From an uncultured bacterium (GTDB lineage Bacteria > Krumholzibacteriota > Krumholzibacteriia > JACNKJ01): a stretch of DNA of 64,000 nucleotides. Shown here in pieces: positions 58,663 through 64,000 of the stretch. The stretch is taken from positions 1,920,001 to 1,984,000 of the forward strand of contig CAVOFT010000001.1 in NCBI GenBank assembly GCA_963695095.1, written 5' to 3'. The number at the start of each line of letters is the position of its first letter. Positions within the stretch are counted from its first letter, which is position 1. The notes below the pieces were generated by a model, which saw nothing but the letters and a program-made list of their open reading frames with translations, was not told where the DNA came from and made no database searches. A program made the translations under genes and the position numbers.

Positions 58663-61062
58663 TCACGATCGCAAGCTGACCCGCAAGGTTTTGTTGAGCG
58701 CCGCCAGGATGCGCTCCAGCAGCTTCTCGACCGGCTTGTCCGTCAGGGTCCCCTCCGCGGAGCGGAAGCTGAGCCGAACCGCCAGACTCGCCTGTCCCGC
58801 GGGCAGCTCGCTGCCGCGGTAGATGTCGAAGAGCTCGCAGGACTCGAGGAGCTTGCCGCCCGCGCTCTCGATGCAGGCCGCGACGGCCTCCCAGCGCATC
58901 GTGTCCGGCACCAGCAGCGCCAGATCTCGCCGCAGGGCCGGATACGCGGGCAGCGGCGCATAGCGCACGGCCGGCGTGTCGGCGCGCAGCGGCGAGAAGA
59001 ACTCGCCGACGAAGACCTCGCGCTTCTGCTTCATCTCGGTCAGCAGCGAAGGACGCAGCAGTCCCCCTTGCCCCACCAGGGCCTCGCCTTCATGCACGCG
59101 GAAGCAGGCGCCGCGCACGAAGTAGGGATCGGCCTCTTCGTAGCTGAAGCGCAGGTCGCGGCGCTGGGCCGCGCCCCAGGCGAGCACGATGCCGCGCAGG
59201 TCGGCCAGGGAGAGCGCCGCGCTGGCCCGGCTCCAGTGCGGCGGGGCCGTGTGCCCCGTCAGCAGCACGAGCAGCTGTCGCGTCTCCAGAGGCAAGCGCT
59301 CCCCCGCCCGGGCCTGGTAGACGCGGCCGTACTCGTACAGGCGCAGCTCGTCCTGCCCGCGATGGCAATTCGTGAGCAGGACCTCGAGCATGCCCGGCAG
59401 CAGGCTGGTGCGCAGCACCGCATTGAAGCTGACCAGCGGATTGCGCAGGAGCACCGCCGCCCGCCGCGCGTCCTCGGCGGCCAATCCCAGCGCGTCCAGA
59501 TGGCGGCGATCCATGAAGCTGCTGGTGAGCACCTCCTGGCAGCCGCAGCCGACGAGGAGGGCATGCAGCGCGGTCTCGGCGCGCTCGTGGGCGCTCAGGG
59601 AGCCATAGAGGCTGTTCCGCACCCGGTTTTCCCGGGGCAGCGCGCCGAAGCCGTGCAGACGCGCGACCTCTTCGATCAGATCCACCTCGGCTTCGAGGTC
59701 GCCGCGGAAGTCGGGCACGCTGACCTGCAGGCCATCGCCGGCGGACGCAGCCGGCAGTTCCAGCCGGGCGAGCAGGCCGGCGATCTCCGTCGCGCTGAGG
59801 GCGGTACCCATCAGGGCATTCACACGCGCAGGGCGCAGCACGATGCGCCGCACCGGCCGCGGCGTCGCCTCCTGGTCATCCGCCACGGCGGCGGCCTCGG
59901 CCCCGGCCAGGTCCACGAGCAGGGCCGTTGCGCGCGCGCTCGCCAAGGCCGCCGTCGAGCCCGCCGTGCCCCGCTCGAAGCGGTAGGACGAATCCGTGCT
60001 CAGATCGTGCCGGCGCCGGCTGCCGCGGATCGCGCGTGGCGCGAAGACTGCACTCTCCAGGACCAGCTCGCGCGTTGCGTCGGTCACCTTCGAGGCATCG
60101 CCGCCCATCACGCCGGCCAGGGCGACGGGCGATTGGCCGTCGGCGATCACGAGATCCGCCGCCGTCAGCTGCAGTTCCTCCTCGTCCAGGGTGAGCAGCC
60201 GTTCGCCCACCGCGGCGCGCCTGACGACGATGCGGCCGTCGCGCAGACAGGCCGCATCGAAGGCATGGAGGGGGTGACCGGTCTCGAAGAGGACGTAGTT
60301 CGTGATGTCCACCACGTTGTTGATCGCGCGCTTGCCCAGAAGGGCCAGCCGGCGCTGCAGCCAGGCGGGGCTGGGGCCGACCGCGATGCCCCGCAGCCGC
60401 CGCGCGATGTAGCGCGGGCAGCCCGCCGGATCCCGGATCTCCACGGGCACCGGCGGGAGCGCCGTCAGCGCTGCGGGAGGGACGTCGGTCACGGGCGGGC
60501 GCAAAGGGCTCGCGTAGAGCGCGGCCACTTCGCGGGCGACGCCGAGGACGCCGAGCTGATCGGGCCGATTCGGCGTCACCTCGATCGTCAGCAGCCAGTC
60601 CTCCTCGCCGAAGTGCGCGGCCAGCGGAGTCCCGGGCGCGGCGTCGAAGGCGAGTTCCATGATCCCGCCGGCATCCTCGCCGAGGCCGAGTTCGCGGGCC
60701 GAGCAGATCATGCCCTGGGACAGCTCGCCGCGCAGCTTGCCCTGCTTGATCAGCGTGCCATCGGGCAGGCTCGCCCCCGCCGGAATGACCGCCACTTCCA
60801 GGCCGGCGCGCACGTTGGGGGCGCCGCAGACGATCTGCAGGGGCCGCTCGGCGCCGATGTCCACGCTGCAAACAGAAAGCTTGTCCGCGTTCGGGTGCCG
60901 CTCGCTCGCGAGCACACGGCCGATGCGCAGAGCCGCGAAGGGATTGGGCCGGTGCTCGAGGCTCTCCACGTTGAGACCGAGCATGGTGAGATCCTCGGCC
61001 AGCCGGGGCGCCGCCACCGGGACGTCGACGTACTCGCGCAGCCAGTTCAGGCTGATCAGCAT
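58663..61062 (-). CDS. pheT: Phenylalanine-tRNA ligase beta subunit
   Basis: ISLNWLREYV, HPNADKL, TPNRPD, RFERG, DLIEEVAR, FDIYRG. Confidence 0.98.
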   Translation of the reverse strand: MLISLNWLREYVDVPVAAPRLAEDLTMLGLNVESLEHRPNPFAALRIGRVLASERHPNADKLSVCSVDIGAERPLQIVCGAPNVRAGLEVAVIPAGASLPDGTLIKQGKLRGELSQGMICSARELGLGEDAGGIMELAFDAAPGTPLAAHFGEEDWLLTIEVTPNRPDQLGVLGVAREVAALYASPLRPPVTDVPPAALTALPPVPVEIRDPAGCPRYIARRLRGIAVGPSPAWLQRRLALLGKRAINNVVDITNYVLFETGHPLHAFDAACLRDGRIVVRRAAVGERLLTLDEEELQLTAADLVIADGQSPVALAGVMGGDASKVTDATRELVLESAVFAPRAIRGSRRRHDLSTDSSYRFERGTAGSTAALASARATALLVDLAGAEAAAVADDQEATPRPVRRIVLRPARVNALMGTALSATEIAGLLARLELPAASAGDGLQVSVPDFRGDLEAEVDLIEEVARLHGFGALPRENRVRNSLYGSLSAHERAETALHALLVGCGCQEVLTSSFMDRRHLDALGLAAEDARRAAVLLRNPLVSFNAVLRTSLLPGMLEVLLTNCHRGQDELRLYEYGRVYQARAGERLPLETRQLLVLLTGHTAPPHWSRASAALSLADLRGIVLAWGAAQRRDLRFSYEEADPYFVRGACFRVHEGEALVGQGGLLRPSLLTEMKQKREVFVGEFFSPLRADTPAVRYAPLPAYPALRRDLALLVPDTMRWEAVAACIESAGGKLLESCELFDIYRGSELPAGQASLAVRLSFRSAEGTLTDKPVEKLLERILAALNKTLRVSLRS

Positions 61063-61071
61063 CGCTCGCTC

Positions 61072-62085
61072 CTAGAACTGGGAGAGGAAGCGCAGGTCGT
61101 TCTCGAGGAACAGGCGGATGTCCTCGATGCCGTGCCGGAGCATCGCGATGCGCTCCACCCCCATCCCGAACGCAAAGCCCGTCACCTGCTCGGGGTCGTA
61201 GCCCGCGGCGGCGAAGACGTGCGGGTGCACCATGCCGGCGCCCAGCACCTCGATCCAGCCCGTATTGCCGCAGATGCGGCAGCCCTCGCCGCCGCAGCCG
61301 AAGCAGACCATGTCGGCCTCGGCGCTCGGCTCCGTGAAGGGAAAGAAGTGCGGCCGAAAGCGCAAGCGCGCCTGGCGGCCGAAGTACTCGAAGGCGAACT
61401 GCTGCAGCGAGGTGACCAGGTCGCCCATCGTCACGCCAGCATCGACATAGAGACCTTCCACCTGATGGAATTCCGCGGCGTGCGAGGCATCGATCGCCTC
61501 GTTGCGGTAGACGCGGCCGGGCACCACGATGCGCAGGGGAGGCGGATGCGTCTCCATGTAGCGGAGCTGGACGGGGCTGGTGTGCGTGCGCAGTAGCACC
61601 TCGTCGTCGACGTAGAAGGTGTCCTGCGCGTCGCGGGAGGGGTGATCCGCGGGGAAGTTCAGCTTCTCGAAGTTGTAGGCGTCCAGTTCGACCTCGGGGC
61701 CGTCCGCCACCGAGAAGCCCATGCCGCGGAAGATGTCGACGATCTCCGCGAGGGCGACCGCGAGCACATGCCGCCGCCCCCGCCAGGGGGCCCGCCCCGG
61801 CAAGCTGGGATCGAAGCCCGGCGGCAAGGCGCTCTCGGCGCGCAGCAGCAGCGCCGCTTTCGCCTCCGCGATGCGCGTCTCCACCTCGGACTGGAAGCCG
61901 TGAATGGCCTTGCCGAGCTCCGGTCGCTCCGCCGGCGCCGCGGCGCTCAGGCGCTGGAAGAGCCCGGCCAGGATTCCCTTCCGGCCCAGGTAACGCACGC
62001 GAAAGGCCTCCAGCGCCCCTTCGTCGCCCAGCCGCGCAGCATCCGCGGCGAACGCAGCCCGCAACTCAGCCAGCTCGGCCAGCAC
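61072..62085 (-). CDS. pheS: Phenylalanine-tRNA ligase alpha subunit
   Basis: LLRTHTSPVQ, FHQVEG, FPFTEPS, GFAFGMGVER. Confidence 0.98.
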   Translation of the reverse strand: MLAELAELRAAFAADAARLGDEGALEAFRVRYLGRKGILAGLFQRLSAAAPAERPELGKAIHGFQSEVETRIAEAKAALLLRAESALPPGFDPSLPGRAPWRGRRHVLAVALAEIVDIFRGMGFSVADGPEVELDAYNFEKLNFPADHPSRDAQDTFYVDDEVLLRTHTSPVQLRYMETHPPPLRIVVPGRVYRNEAIDASHAAEFHQVEGLYVDAGVTMGDLVTSLQQFAFEYFGRQARLRFRPHFFPFTEPSAEADMVCFGCGGEGCRICGNTGWIEVLGAGMVHPHVFAAAGYDPEQVTGFAFGMGVERIAMLRHGIEDIRLFLENDLRFLSQF

Positions 62086-62094
62086 GGCTTCTCC

Positions 62095-62460
62095 CTAGCT
62101 GGCTTGCGCCAGCTCGGCCTGCACTTTCTGCGCGAGCAGGCGGAAGGCCGGCGGATCGTTCACGGCCAGCTCCGCCAGCTGCTTGCGATCGAGCTCGACG
62201 GCCAAGCGCTTCAGGCCCGAGATGAACTTGCTGTAGCTGAGACCGTGCTCATGGACCGCCGCGTTGATGCGCACGATCCAGAGCCGCCGGAACTGGCCCT
62301 TGCGGTCGCGCCGATCGCGGTAGGCATAGACACCAGCCCTGTGGACGGCTTCCGTACCCTGGCGGATGCTGTTCTTGCGCTTGCCCAAGTAGCCCTTGGC
62401 GCGGGTGAGCATGCGCTTGCGGCGGGCGCGCGAGGCGACGTTGTTGGTAGCGCGGGACAT
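62095..62460 (-). CDS. rplT: 50S ribosomal protein L20
   Basis: AKGY, AYRDR..RK.QFRRLWIVRINAA, LDRK.LAELA. Confidence 0.98.
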   Translation of the reverse strand: MSRATNNVASRARRKRMLTRAKGYLGKRKNSIRQGTEAVHRAGVYAYRDRRDRKGQFRRLWIVRINAAVHEHGLSYSKFISGLKRLAVELDRKQLAELAVNDPPAFRLLAQKVQAELAQAS

Positions 62461-62518
62461 ACTGGTTCCTCCTCGTGGATGCTGCTTGGTCTGGGGAAAA
62501 CGCGCCGGAGCCGGCCAG

Positions 62519-62716
62519 CTACTCGGCCAGGATCATGCGCTTGATGCGGGCGCTATCGGCCGGGCTGGCCAGCGTGGCATCGCGCAGGTTGCGCTTCCGC
62601 TTCGCGCTCTTTTTGGTCAAGATGTGGTTTGCGAAGGCCTTGTTGCGGCGAATCTTGCCCTTCCCCGTCGTGCGGAACCGCTTCCGGGCGGCCCGATTGC
62701 TCTTCATCTTGGGCAT
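62519..62716 (-). CDS. rpmI: 50S ribosomal protein L35
   Basis: [14 protein letters not shown]...HILTKKS.KRKR. Confidence 0.97.
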   Translation of the reverse strand: MPKMKSNRAARKRFRTTGKGKIRRNKAFANHILTKKSAKRKRNLRDATLASPADSARIKRMILAE

Positions 62717-62766
62717 GTGTCCTCCTCACCGGCCTCTGGCCGGCGCGTTGCGGTTCTCCCGAGCGA

Positions 62767-63345
62767 TCACTCGGCGGCGTCGGCGCCCGGGCTCTCCTCG
62801 CGGGCCTTGGCCGGCCGCTTCTCGCGCTCGCTCGCCGGGGCCACGATCATCACGACCGTCCGACCCTCCTGCTTGGGCTCCTGCTCGATCTTGCCGTGCT
62901 CTGCCAGATCGGCGATCAGGCGGTCGAAGGTCTGCATGGCGAAGTCCATGTGGCTCATCTCGCGACCCCGGAAGCGCAGGGTCACCTTGACCTTGTCCCG
63001 GTGCTCCAGGAAGCGGATGATGTTGCGCACCTTGAACTCGTAGTCGTGATCGTCGGTCTTGGGCCGGAACTGCACTTCCTTGATCACGACCGTGTGCTGC
63101 TTCTTGCGCGCTTCCTTGGCCTTCTTGCTCTGCTCGTACTTGTACTTGCCGAAGTCCATGATCCGACACACCGGCGGCCGGGAGGCCGGGGAGACTTCGA
63201 CCAGGTCCAGGCCCCGCTCCTGGGCCATTTCCATCGCCGCAGAGGTGGCGATGATGCCCACCTGCGCGCCGTTCTCGTCGATCAGACGGATCTCGGGAAT
63301 GCGGATCCTTTGGTTCACGCGGGGTTCGTCGGAATCGCGGCGGAT
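62767..63345 (-). CDS. infC: Translation initiation factor IF-3, probable ATC start
   Basis: AGGAGG-7 nt-ATC at 63345; N..IR..EIRLID, LDLVEV, PPVCRIMDFGKYKYE, FRGRE. Confidence 0.95.
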   Translation of the reverse strand: MRRDSDEPRVNQRIRIPEIRLIDENGAQVGIIATSAAMEMAQERGLDLVEVSPASRPPVCRIMDFGKYKYEQSKKAKEARKKQHTVVIKEVQFRPKTDDHDYEFKVRNIIRFLEHRDKVKVTLRFRGREMSHMDFAMQTFDRLIADLAEHGKIEQEPKQEGRTVVMIVAPASEREKRPAKAREESPGADAAE

Positions 63346-63366
63346 AGAGTTACCTCCTGCAAATGG

Positions 63367-63471
63367 AAAAAGGGGAGCGGATGCAAAGGCACCCACTCCC
63401 CCTGACGGAGTCCCTGGGACGCTGATCGACGCACGCCAGGGTGGCCGTCAGGTGAGAGTCGCCTCTGCTTT
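63367..63471 (-). promoter_or_regulatory. Ribosomal protein L20 leader-like attenuator upstream of infC
   Basis: AAGCAGAGGCGACTCTCACCTGA...GGGGAGTGGGTG-loop-CATCCGCTCCCC-TTTTT terminator ahead of infC-rpmI-rplT. Confidence 0.7.
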
Positions 63472-63498
63472 CGCCGTATGCGGTTGTAAGGCAGCAGA

Positions 63499-64000
63499 TT
63501 AACGCTTGGCGGCGATTTCGTCAAGGGCCCGTTGCACGAATTCCTCGGGCCGCAGGCTCCCCTCGTCCCCCTGCCGGCGGCTGCGCACCGAGACGCTGCC
63601 GTCCTCCAGCTCCCGGGAGCCGACCACCAGCATGTAGGGGATCTTCTGGAGCTCCGCCTGGCGGATCTTGTAGCCCACCTTTTCGTCGCGGCCGTCGAGC
63701 TCCGCCCGCAGGCCGGCGGCGCGCAGGTCCGCCTGCACCCGGGCTCCGTACTCGCGGAAGGGCGCGCTGACCGGCAGCACGATGACCTGGATCGGCGCCA
63801 GCCAGAGCGGGAACTCGCCGACGTAGTGCTCCGTGAGCAGGGCGATGAAGCGCTCCAGCGAGCCGAAAAGGGCGCGGTGGATGATGTAGGGGTGCTTGTG
63901 CTGCCCATCCTCGTCGACGTACTGCACGTTGAAGCGCCGCGGCAGATTGAAGTCGAACTGGATCGTCGTCGTCTGCCAGTCGCGGCCCAGGGCGTCCTTC
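63499..64000 (-). CDS. thrS: Threonine-tRNA ligase, C-terminal part (truncated by the window edge)
   Basis: IHRALFGSLERFIALL.EHY.G.FPLWLAP, KVGYKIR, KIPYMLVVG. Confidence 0.97.
   Translation of the reverse strand, partial: KDALGRDWQTTTIQFDFNLPRRFNVQYVDEDGQHKHPYIIHRALFGSLERFIALLTEHYVGEFPLWLAPIQVIVLPVSAPFREYGARVQADLRAAGLRAELDGRDEKVGYKIRQAELQKIPYMLVVGSRELEDGSVSVRSRRQGDEGSLRPEEFVQRALDEIAAKR

Overview
A GC-rich, housekeeping-dense chromosomal segment from a diderm bacterium (LapA/LapB, LptE-like and Omp85-barrel genes). A FlgD-Ig/T9SS-type C-terminal domain hints at an FCB-related lineage, which is inference only. The left half (1-36.4 kb) is almost all + strand: Omp85-type peptidase, uvrC-xerD-scpAB-rluB-hisC-aroA-cmk/plsC-rpsA, mtaB-miaB-lapAB-mutS-mutL-miaA, der-plsY-gpsA-merR, surE-pcm-sigma factor. 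The right part (42.7-64 kb) is all - strand: thrS-infC-rpmI-rplT-pheST-zapB/zapA-6S RNA-ymdB-folD-ispA-dxs-tlyA-nadK-recN, UDP-sugar genes, an NtrC-type regulator, lptE and holA. A dif-like site at 40798-40825 lies at this strand switch, so the window probably spans the replication terminus. Five tRNA genes, a 6S RNA and an L20-leader-like attenuator are present. The main discovery is in the ~500 bp 'empty' interval 36373-36875, which holds two complete unannotated minus-strand transcription units. One is a sigma54-type promoter driving a 17-aa hydrophobic peptide with a strong RBS and an intrinsic terminator. The other is a sigma70-type promoter driving a ~123-nt rod-shaped RNA that ends in a U-tract and that I cannot assign to a known family. 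Several single-base frameshifts in essential genes look like sequencing indels. No mobile elements or CRISPR arrays were seen.
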